DNA of 64,000 nt. Origin: an uncultured Alphaproteobacteria bacterium (GTDB lineage Bacteria; Pseudomonadota; Alphaproteobacteria; Methylaequorales; Methylaequoraceae). Below are positions 36,127 through 46,192 of the stretch, piece by piece. Location: the NCBI GenBank assembly GCA_902579395.1, contig CACHGK010000002.1:155767-219766 (forward strand), written 5' to 3'. How positions within the stretch are numbered: the first letter of the stretch is position 1; every line of letters starts with the position of its first letter. The translations under genes were made by a program, and so were the position numbers. The notes under the pieces were generated by a model. The model ran no database searches. It was not told the DNA's origin and was given only the letters and a program-made list of their open reading frames with translations.

Positions 36127-37575
36127 ATGAAAAATAAAATTAATAATTCCTTTTTAATAATTTCATTTTTGGTTTTGATAGCTGCTCTTTTTGGTTGTCA
36201 AAAAAATCCTGCAACTGGTCAGAATGAATTCAACATAATGTCAGAGAAAGAGGAGGATCAAATTGGTAAAAATGAACATGAAAAAATAGTAAATCAATTT
36301 GGAGGAGAATATAAAGATGAGAAACTCAATAACTATATTAATAGTCTTGGGAATTTCTTAGTCAATACTTCCGAACTTCCTGAAAAGCAATTTAGATTCA
36401 CAATTTTAAATACCCCCATTGTGAATGCTTTCGCTCTCCCAGGAGGTTATATTTATTTGACCAGAGGACTTTTATATCTATGCCAAAATGAGGCGCAACT
36501 TGCAGGCGTAATTGCTCATGAGATTGGACACATAACAGCAAGACATACTGCAAAAAGATATACTAAGACAGTAGGAACAGGAGTTTTACTTCAAGTTTTA
36601 AACGTAATTTCTAAAAATAGTGTATTTAATAATTTGTTTGGACAATCTGCTCAGTTATTTTTACTTTCATATTCCAGATCACAGGAATTTCAAGCAGATC
36701 AATTAGCGGTTAGATATATGACAAGAGCTGGTTTTGATCCAAACGAAATGGCTAATTTTTTGAGACTAATGGAAGAGTACTCAAATTTACAAAGAAAAAT
36801 TCTAAAAATAAATAATGAAGTATCTGAACTTCTTAAAACGCACCCTAATTCATCAAAAAGAGTTCAAGAGGTAATAAATAATTTTAAAGGGAAAATTCCA
36901 TTAAATCCAATAATAGGAGAAGAGGTTTTTTTAAAGAAAATTGATGGGATGCTTTATGGGCACAGAAATGAAGAGGGCTTTTTTATCAGAAACCAATTTA
37001 TACATAAACCACTAAAGATAAGATTTAATTTTGATGATGATTTCTATTTCTTAAACAATCCAAAATCATTAGTTGGCATCACAAATGACGAAACAAAACT
37101 AATTTTTGATCTTGAAGAAACAAATGAAAAAAATGATTTAAACTATTTGTCAAAATGGATTTCTATTTCAAAAAAAAAAATATCAGAGTTTGAATACTTT
37201 TCAAATAATGGTTTCATGATTTCAAAAGGAATTTCAAAAAAGAAGAAAAAAAAAATAATGTTTGCTTCTTTGAAAGATAAACAGGGTATTACTTATCGAT
37301 TTGCTTTAATTTCCAATGATAAGGAATTAAAATCACTTAAAAAAAAGTTTAATGAAATAGTTTTAAGTTTTAATAGAATTAAGGATGAAGATTTAGACTT
37401 ATTGTCTCCGCCTAGGATAAAAATTATTTCGACAAATTCTGAAAATGATACAATTAGCAAAATAACTCATAAATTAAATTTACAGGAAAAGTATTCAGAA
37501 GAAATTTTCAAACAAATAAACGACCTTAAAGGACAGGAAATAAAAATAGGCAAAAAAATCAAATCGATTTACTGA
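36127..37575 (+). CDS. M48-family zinc metalloprotease (lipoprotein)
   Basis: Lipobox-like LFGC; HEIGHITARH zinc motif. Confidence 0.85.
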   Translation: MKNKINNSFLIISFLVLIAALFGCQKNPATGQNEFNIMSEKEEDQIGKNEHEKIVNQFGGEYKDEKLNNYINSLGNFLVNTSELPEKQFRFTILNTPIVNAFALPGGYIYLTRGLLYLCQNEAQLAGVIAHEIGHITARHTAKRYTKTVGTGVLLQVLNVISKNSVFNNLFGQSAQLFLLSYSRSQEFQADQLAVRYMTRAGFDPNEMANFLRLMEEYSNLQRKILKINNEVSELLKTHPNSSKRVQEVINNFKGKIPLNPIIGEEVFLKKIDGMLYGHRNEEGFFIRNQFIHKPLKIRFNFDDDFYFLNNPKSLVGITNDETKLIFDLEETNEKNDLNYLSKWISISKKKISEFEYFSNNGFMISKGISKKKKKKIMFASLKDKQGITYRFALISNDKELKSLKKKFNEIVLSFNRIKDEDLDLLSPPRIKIISTNSENDTISKITHKLNLQEKYSEEIFKQINDLKGQEIKIGKKIKSIY

Positions 37576-38069
37576 TTTAATAATTCCTCTAATTTTGTTT
37601 TAGCAACTTTTTTTTCTAGATTTTGAACTGCTGCGTATTCATTGCTTAATCTATTTAAAGCCGTCAAATAAATTTGTCTTTCTGAATAAGATTGTTGCTC
37701 AAGTGAATCTTCCTTCTTATGAAGGTCTCGAACAACTTCTGCTATTAAAACAGGGTCTCCGCTATTTATATTTTTTTCATACTCCTTTGCTCTTTTAATC
37801 CACATATCTTTTTTCACTGATGGCTTTTCATTTAAAACATCCAAGGCTTTTGATAATCGATTTTTATTGCTTAATTTCCTCAATCCTGAGCTAGATGCTT
37901 TTGATTTTGGAATCCTTAATTTCATTTTGTCCTGTTTGAAATTAATCAGTATAAAGTCTTGAATAGCACCATCTATGTTATAAGAATCAAAATCCTCTAT
38001 TTCTCCAACACCATAGGTTGGGTAAACTACTAGATCTCCGATATCTAGTTCTAAATCTTTTTTTTTCAA
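37569..38069 (-). CDS. CarD/CdnL-family transcriptional regulator
   Basis: The N-terminal GDLVVYPTYGVGEI motif is typical of the CarD_CdnL_TRCF domain. Confidence 0.85.
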   Translation of the reverse strand: MKKKDLELDIGDLVVYPTYGVGEIEDFDSYNIDGAIQDFILINFKQDKMKLRIPKSKASSSGLRKLSNKNRLSKALDVLNEKPSVKKDMWIKRAKEYEKNINSGDPVLIAEVVRDLHKKEDSLEQQSYSERQIYLTALNRLSNEYAAVQNLEKKVAKTKLEELLNQ

Positions 38070-38136
38070 AAATCTCTCCAGTTGAATTTAACTTGTGGAT
38101 AATATACTAAAAGTTTTTAAGTTTAAAGTTAAAAGA

Positions 38137-38475
38137 TTATGAGCCTTTTCCTGGATTAGGACTAAAGTGTTCTTCAAATTTATTTTTTTTATCCTTCCAT
38201 TCATCTCCATCAGGGGGAGGAGTTCCCATTTTGTTGATATTTGGCCATTTTTCAGCATACTCTCTGTTGATATCCACCCATTTTTGAGCATCTTCGCCTG
38301 AATCGTCACTTATAGCTTCTACAGGGCACTCTGGTTCACAAACACCACAGTCAATGCATTCGTCAGGGTGTATAACAAGAAAATTTTCACCTTCATAAAA
38401 ACAGTCTACGGGACAGACCTCAACGCAATCCATATATTTACATTTAACACATGGGTCTTTCACAATGTAAGTCAT
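38137..38475 (-). CDS. fdxA: 7Fe ferredoxin
   Basis: [18 protein letters not shown] and [12 protein letters not shown] cluster motifs. Confidence 0.95.
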   Translation of the reverse strand: MTYIVKDPCVKCKYMDCVEVCPVDCFYEGENFLVIHPDECIDCGVCEPECPVEAISDDSGEDAQKWVDINREYAEKWPNINKMGTPPPDGDEWKDKKNKFEEHFSPNPGKGS

Positions 38476-38536
38476 AAACTTTTATATAGAACAGAAAGTT
38501 AATATATTCAAGATAAATAGAATACTATTTTTACTT

Positions 38537-40873
38537 TTAAAAAAGAAAACTTTTAGGATTCTTGAAAAAAAACTTTTCGAATTTATTGTTAGGAATGAAT
38601 TTTATATTTTGCTTTTTTCTCAAGAAAAATATTTTGTTTGAGAGTTTTTCAAAGTACAAATGATGAATTAAAAAGGTTTCTTTGTTAAATTTAATTAAAT
38701 AAAAACCCATTTTTTTAAGAAAGGGGATTTGCTTTGAAATTTTTTTATCTGAACTAAGTGATGAAATATTTGCATTTATAAATTTCTTTAAACTATTTTT
38801 GAAAAAAATATTAATTAACATTTGTTTAAAGAAACATAATTTCTTTGAATTATAATAAAAAAAGTTTACTCCTGTTTTGAAGCCCAACAATTTATATTGT
38901 TCTATTTCTGATTTTGATAGCTGATTAAAGAAGTTTTTAATCTCACTTTTTTCGCAATGACCTAAATTTTCCAATAAACAAAAGTTAATAGCTCTAGATG
39001 AAGTTGAAATGTTATTTGCTTCTCTGATTTTTGGTAAAAAAGGCATTTCTTTATTAATCAAAAATTTAAAGAATTCTTTTAATCTACTCATTATTTGATC
39101 TTCATGTTTTATAAAATAATTATCAAGAAAGGACTTCATTTTCGGATTAAGAAGATGTTGTCCTTTTTCAAATTTTCCAATAGCTTGATTTTTCCAATAA
39201 ATTGTTCCATCTACACTAAAATCAAAAAAATTAAACTTTGCTTTTTTGAATTCATTTGTAATTTTTTTAGCCTCTAAAGATAATTCTTTTTCTAAAACTT
39301 TGTTGTTAAAAATATTTTTACTTTTTTTAAAACTTGAATTAATTCTAAAATTAAAACCCTCGACTACGCCAATATTTTCTTTCCCAAAGAAAATTTTGTT
39401 ATCCTCCAACCTTACTATTTCGGTTTTTTGAACAAGATCATTATATGAACTTATTTGAATACTTTTAAACTCTCCAATAAATTCTGAAATTAATTCCTCA
39501 TGAAGCTTTGTAGATAATCTTAGTTCCAAATTTCTGACCTCAATTTGGAATTTATTTTCAGTTTCAATCCAACTTTTTTTATATGAAATAAACGACCATG
39601 TTCTTACTTGTGAAATCTTATAATTTAATTCTGCAATTTTTTTTGATTTTCTTCTAATTGCTTCAATATTTTTTTTTACCCATTCATTTGGTATCCTTTT
39701 ATTTTCTCCGATTAAGAAAAGAAAAATTTTCTTTAAAAAAAGAGTATGATACTCATCCAAATTCTTCGAATAATCTGGAACTCCGCACACTTCCCATAGT
39801 TTTTTAAGCTTTAGTGGATTTATGATTTTACTTTCCACTTCACTGTCATTTAAAAGAATTCTAAGGTATCTATGGTCATCACCATTTTTTTTTAATCTAA
39901 AAAATTTCTCATTCGATTTTCTAGATAGAGAATTCAACAGATGTTTTGGAGAAGAAAAGTTTAGTTTATTATTCCTCCAAAAAATATTCTTAATTTCTGT
40001 ATATTCGTAATTTTCTAAAAAATTTACAATGTCATTATTTAAATTTTTTAAATCTCCTGTTGTTCCAAAAAAACCGTTATTACCGAATCTACCGGCTCTA
40101 CCAGCGATTTGTGAAATTTCATCGTATTTAAGATATCTTTCATGAAAACCATCGAATTTTTTCAGGCAAGTAAAAAAAATATTTTTAATATTTAAATTTA
40201 ATCCCATGCCAATTGCATCTGTTGCTACAATATAGTCAACTTTTTCATCCTCAAATAGCTTTACTTGTGCATTACGCACATCAGGTGATAGGGCGCCCAG
40301 AACCACTGAGACACCTCCATGAGACTGCTTGATTTTATTTGCAATTTCGTAAACATCGACTTGAGAAAATGCAATAATTGCAGAACGCTTTGGTAACCTT
40401 GTTATATTTTTATAACCAATGTAAGAGAGCTTTGATAACCTTGGTTTATAAATTATTACAATATCTGGAAATATTTTTTTCAAAATATTTTCGATACTTT
40501 TTGAGCCTAAAAATAATGTTTCTCTAGTGCCACGCATATTTAGAATTTTCTCAGTAAAGATATATCCCCTGTTGTAATCCGAAGCCATTTGAACTTCATC
40601 AATTGCAACAAATTCGAAAGGTTGATTCTCCGGAATTGATTCTACTGTACAAAAAAAATACTTAGCGGTACTTGGTATGATTTTTTCTTCTCCAGTAATT
40701 AATGCAACTAATTTCTTAGTATACTTTTTTTTTGCAATTTCGTAATTTTCTCGTGCAAGAAGCCTTAATGGAAAGCCAATAACACCTGACTGGTATCTGA
40801 ATAATTTTTGAATTGCAGCATAAGTTTTACCTGTATTTGTGGGACCTAAAATAGCTGAGATTTTTTTTTTCAT
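38537..40873 (-). CDS. Superfamily-2 helicase, SUV3-like
   Basis: Walker A GPTNTGKTY, DEVQ box (AIDEVQM) and helicase C blocks (GMGLNL, QIAGRAGR). Confidence 0.7.
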   Translation of the reverse strand: MKKKISAILGPTNTGKTYAAIQKLFRYQSGVIGFPLRLLARENYEIAKKKYTKKLVALITGEEKIIPSTAKYFFCTVESIPENQPFEFVAIDEVQMASDYNRGYIFTEKILNMRGTRETLFLGSKSIENILKKIFPDIVIIYKPRLSKLSYIGYKNITRLPKRSAIIAFSQVDVYEIANKIKQSHGGVSVVLGALSPDVRNAQVKLFEDEKVDYIVATDAIGMGLNLNIKNIFFTCLKKFDGFHERYLKYDEISQIAGRAGRFGNNGFFGTTGDLKNLNNDIVNFLENYEYTEIKNIFWRNNKLNFSSPKHLLNSLSRKSNEKFFRLKKNGDDHRYLRILLNDSEVESKIINPLKLKKLWEVCGVPDYSKNLDEYHTLFLKKIFLFLIGENKRIPNEWVKKNIEAIRRKSKKIAELNYKISQVRTWSFISYKKSWIETENKFQIEVRNLELRLSTKLHEELISEFIGEFKSIQISSYNDLVQKTEIVRLEDNKIFFGKENIGVVEGFNFRINSSFKKSKNIFNNKVLEKELSLEAKKITNEFKKAKFNFFDFSVDGTIYWKNQAIGKFEKGQHLLNPKMKSFLDNYFIKHEDQIMSRLKEFFKFLINKEMPFLPKIREANNISTSSRAINFCLLENLGHCEKSEIKNFFNQLSKSEIEQYKLLGFKTGVNFFYYNSKKLCFFKQMLINIFFKNSLKKFINANISSLSSDKKISKQIPFLKKMGFYLIKFNKETFLIHHLYFEKLSNKIFFLRKKQNIKFIPNNKFEKFFFKNPKSFLF

Positions 40874-40890
40874 TTACAGTCTTAAAAAAA

Positions 40891-43494
40891 TTAAATCTTA
40901 TTCATCACATATGGAAGAATTCCGTCACTTTCAAAATATTTAATTTCATTTTCAGTATCTATTCTACTAAGTACTTTTAGAGAAAATTTCTCTCCATTTT
41001 TTTTTTCAATATAAATTTCTTTTTTCACATTTGGTTCGATTAGATAGTCTCTCAATTTTCCTAAATAAAAAATTTCGTCACCATTAAAATCAGTCTTATC
41101 CTTACTAATATCTAATAATTGAAGTGGGAGAACCCCCATGCCAACCAAGTTTGATCTATGAATTCTCTCAAAACTCTCTGCAATTACTGCCTTTATTCCC
41201 AAAAGTTTAGTCCCTTTCGCAGCCCAGTCTCTAGAAGATCCAGTTCCGTATTCTTTTCCAGCAATTACCACAAGTGGGACTTTCTCTTGTTCATATTTTT
41301 TTGCTACATCGTAAATTTCTCCTTCGTAATTAGACGGGAAATGTTTTGTAAAGCCTCCCGGCTTTTTTACTATTTTGTTTTGAATTCTAATATTTGCAAA
41401 AGTCCCTCTTGTCATAATTTCATGATTACCTCTTCTTGATCCATAAGAATTAAAGTCATGTGAAGATACTTGCCTTTCACGCAAGAATTTTCCAGCAGAA
41501 CTCTCTTCTTTTATAACTCCTGCAGGAGAAATATGGTCTGTTGTTATTGAATCGCCTAATACCAATAGAGGTCGTGCTTCAAGAGATCTATCAAGATCAT
41601 TATTAGTATTATCGAGGAAAGGTGGCTTTTTTATATATGTTGAGGATAATGACCATTCATAGGTTGAAGACTCTTTTACGTTTAATTTCTCCCATTCTTC
41701 GTCTCCTTTAAAAATTGTTGAATAATTCTTTTTATAAAATTCACTTTTTAAAGTTTTTTCTAAGATATTTTCAACTTCATTCTTTTGGGGCCAAAGTTCA
41801 TTAAAAAAAATCTCTTTACCATCAATTATGTTAACTGGGTTCTTTTCGAAATCTATATCTACCTTACCTGCTAGTGCAAAAATTACAACTAGTGGAGGGG
41901 ATGCAAGAAAATTTGATTTTATGAGTGGATGTATTCTACCTTCAAAATTTCTATTTCCTGAAATTACACTACAAACATTTAAATTATTTTTTTCAATTTC
42001 ATTGCTAACTTGATCATCTAAGGGACCTGAATTTCCAATGCAAGTTGTGCAACCGTAACCAACGATGTTGAACCCAAGTTTATTAAGAGGTTCGATTAGA
42101 TCTGATTCTTTTAGGTATTCGTCCACCACTTTACTTCCAGGCGCGAAAGATGTTTTTACCCACCAAGGCACTTTCATACCTAATTTTACGGCTTTTTTTG
42201 CGATTAAACCTGCCATTATTAGAACCGACGGATTTGAGGTGTTTGTACAGCTAGTTATGGCTGCAAGACATACATCACCATGTTTTAATTTATTTGATGC
42301 TTGTTCATTTCCTTTTTCGTGTTCCTCTAAGCTATTAGTAAATTCTTTTGAAAGGTTTTGAAGATTTACTCTGTCTTGAGGTCTTTTTGGACCTGATACA
42401 CAAGGTTCAATCAAATCTAAATCAATGTTTATTTTTTGATTATAATTTATTTCTTCAGATTTATCTCTCCAAATTAATTGTTCCTTAGAATACTTTTCGA
42501 TTATTTCTATATGATTTTCATCTCTTCCAGTTATCCTTAAATAATTGACGGTTTCCTCATCAATAGGAAAGATTCCACAAGTAGCACCATACTCTGGAGC
42601 CATATTTGATATAGTTGATCGTTCTGATAAATTTAATTTGCTTACACCATCACCAAAAAATTCAACAAACTTCCCAACAACACCTAGTTTTCTTAACTCT
42701 TCAGTAATATAAAGAACAAGATCCGTAGCCGTTAATCCATCTTTTAATTTTCCTGTTAAATTTACACCAACAACTTCAGGGAGTTGCATAGAAATTGGTT
42801 GGCCTAGCATTACGGCTTCTGCTTCGATACCCCCGACTCCCCAACCAAGAACTGATAGGGAATTTACCATTGTAGTATGACTGTCAGTTCCAACAACTGA
42901 ATCTAAAAATAGTAAATTATTTTTTATTTGAACAACTTTTGCTAAAAACTCTAGATTTATTTGATGACAAATTCCAGAACCTGGGGGGAATAATGAAAAA
43001 TTTTTTAATGATCCTTGAGCCCATTTTAACAATCTATACCTTTCTGTATTTCTTTCATATTCCATCTTAACATTATGAAGCATTGAGCTTTTCTTTGAAT
43101 AACTATCAACATTTATCGAATGATCAATCACCAAACTAACCGGCACCATTGGGTTTATTTTTTCAGGATCATCACCTTGACTTTTTAGTTTATCTCTCAT
43201 TGCTGCCAGATCTGCAACTGCAGGCACACCCGTGTAATCTTGCATAAGGACCCTACTTGGAGAGAATAAAATTTCTTCTCCAGTGTTTTGGTTTATAACA
43301 TTTTTAAGATCTTCTAATTCAATATTGATATCATCTATTCTTCGAATTAAATTCTCAAGAAGAATCCTGTATGAGATTGGAATTTTTAAAATATCAAACT
43401 CTAAAACATCCTGCGCTTTTTTTAAACTGAAAAAATTGTATCTTTTTTTATTTAACTCTAGACTGTCGGTAAAATTTGTTGTTGTTAGATTCAT
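40891..43494 (-). CDS. acnA: Aconitate hydratase
   Basis: 867 aa with aconitase blocks including the Fe-S Cys ligands (ITSCTNTSNP, GCTTCIGNSG). Confidence 0.95.
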   Translation of the reverse strand: MNLTTTNFTDSLELNKKRYNFFSLKKAQDVLEFDILKIPISYRILLENLIRRIDDINIELEDLKNVINQNTGEEILFSPSRVLMQDYTGVPAVADLAAMRDKLKSQGDDPEKINPMVPVSLVIDHSINVDSYSKKSSMLHNVKMEYERNTERYRLLKWAQGSLKNFSLFPPGSGICHQINLEFLAKVVQIKNNLLFLDSVVGTDSHTTMVNSLSVLGWGVGGIEAEAVMLGQPISMQLPEVVGVNLTGKLKDGLTATDLVLYITEELRKLGVVGKFVEFFGDGVSKLNLSERSTISNMAPEYGATCGIFPIDEETVNYLRITGRDENHIEIIEKYSKEQLIWRDKSEEINYNQKINIDLDLIEPCVSGPKRPQDRVNLQNLSKEFTNSLEEHEKGNEQASNKLKHGDVCLAAITSCTNTSNPSVLIMAGLIAKKAVKLGMKVPWWVKTSFAPGSKVVDEYLKESDLIEPLNKLGFNIVGYGCTTCIGNSGPLDDQVSNEIEKNNLNVCSVISGNRNFEGRIHPLIKSNFLASPPLVVIFALAGKVDIDFEKNPVNIIDGKEIFFNELWPQKNEVENILEKTLKSEFYKKNYSTIFKGDEEWEKLNVKESSTYEWSLSSTYIKKPPFLDNTNNDLDRSLEARPLLVLGDSITTDHISPAGVIKEESSAGKFLRERQVSSHDFNSYGSRRGNHEIMTRGTFANIRIQNKIVKKPGGFTKHFPSNYEGEIYDVAKKYEQEKVPLVVIAGKEYGTGSSRDWAAKGTKLLGIKAVIAESFERIHRSNLVGMGVLPLQLLDISKDKTDFNGDEIFYLGKLRDYLIEPNVKKEIYIEKKNGEKFSLKVLSRIDTENEIKYFESDGILPYVMNKI

Positions 43495-43530
43495 TTTCTT
43501 CTCTAATGTTTATAATAAGGGTTTTTTTTT

Positions 43531-44199
43531 ATGGTTCTAGAGATTATATCGGTCTGTTTAAAAAGAAATAAAAGAGTAATTTTTAATAACTTTAATTTAA
43601 AATTAAATAAATCTCAAATAATGATTTTAATTGGAGAAAATGGTGCAGGAAAAACTAGTTTGCTCGACTTAGTTGCAGGGGTTTTGGAACCTGAAAAAGG
43701 AACCATAAAAATTAACAATATTTCAAGTAAAAATTTAAACTCTAATAAAAGAGATATGTATACTTATCTTTCAAATAAAGATGCATTAAAGGAAAATTTA
43801 ACCATAGAAGAAAATTTAATGATGTGGTCTAAAATTTCTTCCAATAAATTCATAGAAACAGAATCAAATAATGTTCTCGATTATTTTGGTTTAAGAAATT
43901 TAAGAAAAAATTTAGTTGGAAACTTATCTCAGGGACAAAGAAAAAAGGTAACACTTAGTAAACTTTTACTCTCAAAAGCAAAGTTATGGCTTCTTGATGA
44001 ACCTTTTAACAGTCTAGACTCAAAATCAGTTAAGAAAACAATTAAATTGATTTACACTCATTCAAAAAATGGAGGTTCAATATTGCTAACAAATCATATT
44101 GACCTAAATTTTAGGAATTCAAAAAAAATTACTCTTGTTAATTCACATTCTAAATTAAAGAAAAATAAACCAACTTTTCATAAATGGGGAGATTTCTAA
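43531..44199 (+). CDS. ccmA: Heme exporter ATP-binding subunit
   Basis: Walker A GENGAGKTS, signature LSQGQRKKV, Walker B LWLLDEP. It is the first gene of the ccm cluster. Confidence 0.85.
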   Translation: MVLEIISVCLKRNKRVIFNNFNLKLNKSQIMILIGENGAGKTSLLDLVAGVLEPEKGTIKINNISSKNLNSNKRDMYTYLSNKDALKENLTIEENLMMWSKISSNKFIETESNNVLDYFGLRNLRKNLVGNLSQGQRKKVTLSKLLLSKAKLWLLDEPFNSLDSKSVKKTIKLIYTHSKNGGSILLTNHIDLNFRNSKKITLVNSHSKLKKNKPTFHKWGDF

Positions 44200-44201
44200 T
44201 T

Positions 44202-44867
44202 ATGAGTGAATTTAAAAATCTTTTTCAAAGAGAATTATTGATAAATTTGAAAAATTTTTTGGTTCTTTTTACCTTTTCTAGTTTTTTTATTATTTCAATA
44301 ATGATATTTGTTTTTGCATTTGGTTCTGATTTCTCTGCGATTGATGGGTTATATAAACCTATAATATGGGTTATACTCATTTTTTCAATAACTCTGGTTT
44401 CTGAACATTTTATCTACAATGATTTCTTTGACGGAAGCTTGAAAGAACTTGAATTTCTTGGTTACAGCAATGAGCTAATTATATTTTGTAAGAGCTTTGT
44501 GATGTGGCTTTTGATTATTTTTACCACATTTTTTTTAGTACCAATTTTTTCTATTTTTTTTAATATTTCTTTAAAAGAAACTTTATTTCTTTTTTTCTAT
44601 ATTGTTTTTGCCACTCCAAGTTTAACATTAATTTCAGTTGTCTCAGCGCTTTTTTCGATACAACTTGGTAGAAATAAAATTATTCAATTTATTCTTGTGT
44701 TTCCTTTCTATATTCCAATAGTTATTTTTACAACCTCATCAAATAATATTCAAACAACTACAAATTCTCACAACAGTAATTTTTTAATTTTAATTGGAAT
44801 TTTTTTCATTACATTACCATTATGCTTATTTATAAGCAGATTAATTATGAGAGAGTTAAATAGATGA
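44202..44867 (+). CDS. ccmB: Heme exporter membrane subunit
   Basis: Six-TM protein between ccmA and ccmC. ATG 44202 is preferred over the track start 44184, which overlaps ccmA. Confidence 0.75.
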   Translation: MSEFKNLFQRELLINLKNFLVLFTFSSFFIISIMIFVFAFGSDFSAIDGLYKPIIWVILIFSITLVSEHFIYNDFFDGSLKELEFLGYSNELIIFCKSFVMWLLIIFTTFFLVPIFSIFFNISLKETLFLFFYIVFATPSLTLISVVSALFSIQLGRNKIIQFILVFPFYIPIVIFTTSSNNIQTTTNSHNSNFLILIGIFFITLPLCLFISRLIMRELNR

Positions 44868-45583
44868 TCTTTAAATTTGCAAACCCACTTAAATTTCAAA
44901 AATTAACAGATAGTATTCAGCCATTTGTTTCTTACTTAGCTTTAATTTTATTGATTTTGGGACTATTTTTCGGTTTTTTTATGAGTCCCCCAGATTATCT
45001 CCAGGGTGAAACAGTTAGAATAATGTATGTTCATGTACCATGCGCTTGGTTTTCATTAATGATATATTCTGTAATTGCTTTATGTGCTGTATTTGCAATA
45101 GTTTTCAAACACACACTTGCATATATTATCTCAAGAGCATGTGCACCCATTGGGGCATGTTTTACAATAGCAACATTATTAACTGGATCAATTTGGGGTA
45201 AGCCTACATGGGGTACTTGGTGGGTTTGGGATGCAAGATTAACCTCTGAGCTCATTCTTTTATTTATTTACATAGGTCTAATGATAATTCACAACTCCTA
45301 TGACGATAAATCAAAAAGCGATAGGTACGCTTCAATATTAGCATTGATTGGAGTAGTAAACTTGCCAATAATTAAATGGTCGGTGGATTGGTGGAATACT
45401 CTCCATCAACCAGCAAGTATATCAAAGTTTTCTTCCCCTTCTATAGATAGTTCGATGATGGTTCCCCTTTTTATAATGACTTTTTCAATTTTCTGTTTTT
45501 TCATATCAATTTTACTCATTAGAATTAAAGGTGAGATTATTCAACGAAAAATTGATGTTCTCAGGCTTAATCAATTAAAATAA
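44864..45583 (+). CDS. ccmC: Heme exporter / heme-handling protein CcmC
   Basis: WGTWWVWDARLTSE tryptophan-rich motif. Confidence 0.9.
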   Translation: MIFKFANPLKFQKLTDSIQPFVSYLALILLILGLFFGFFMSPPDYLQGETVRIMYVHVPCAWFSLMIYSVIALCAVFAIVFKHTLAYIISRACAPIGACFTIATLLTGSIWGKPTWGTWWVWDARLTSELILLFIYIGLMIIHNSYDDKSKSDRYASILALIGVVNLPIIKWSVDWWNTLHQPASISKFSSPSIDSSMMVPLFIMTFSIFCFFISILLIRIKGEIIQRKIDVLRLNQLK

Positions 45584-45753
45584 TGAAAAATTTTTTAGAT
45601 TTTGTAAACTCTGGTGAACATTTTTCTTATGTATTATCATCGTATTTTATTGTATTTCTCATACTTTTTCTTATCTTCATAACTAGTTCAATAAAAACAA
45701 AAAAACTCGAAAAAGAATTTGCAAGCCTATCAAAAAATGAAGCAAAAAAATAA
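45583..45753 (+). CDS. ccmD: Heme exporter protein D (unlisted 56-codon ORF)
   Basis: The ATG overlaps the ccmC stop (TAATG). It has a single TM helix (YVLSSYFIVFLILFLIFI) followed by a basic tail, and it sits in the canonical position between ccmC and ccmE. Confidence 0.75.
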   Translation: MKNFLDFVNSGEHFSYVLSSYFIVFLILFLIFITSSIKTKKLEKEFASLSKNEAKK

Positions 45754-46192
45754 AAGACTTCTTGTACTAACTCTCTCATTAATTTTGTTTGCAACAGGAT
45801 CAGTTATTATACTAACAAACTTGAGAGATAATCTTATTTTTTTTTATTCTCCATCGGAAGTAATGGAAAAAAAAATTAAACCCAATCAGACAATTAGATT
45901 GGGTGGAATGGTTAAAGAAGAAAGCTTACAAAAAAAAGTGATTAATATTGATGGCCGGAGCTTAGAAGAAATTTCTTTCATAGTTACTGATTTTAATGAA
46001 GAAATTAAAATTTACTACATAGGTATTCTGCCTGATTTATTTAAGGAAGGTCAAGGTGTCGTTGTAGAAGGTATAGTTGAAAATAACGGAATATTTAATG
46101 CTAAATATGTGCTTGCCAAGCATGATGAAAATTATATGCCACCTGAAATTAATGATATAGAATCAATAAAGGATAGAAGAAATGATATCTGA
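45737..46192 (+). CDS. ccmE: Cytochrome c-type biogenesis heme chaperone
   Basis: LAKHDENYMPPE heme-binding His motif. ATG 45737 is preferred over the track's TTG at 45719. Confidence 0.9.
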   Translation: MKQKNKRLLVLTLSLILFATGSVIILTNLRDNLIFFYSPSEVMEKKIKPNQTIRLGGMVKEESLQKKVINIDGRSLEEISFIVTDFNEEIKIYYIGILPDLFKEGQGVVVEGIVENNGIFNAKYVLAKHDENYMPPEINDIESIKDRRNDI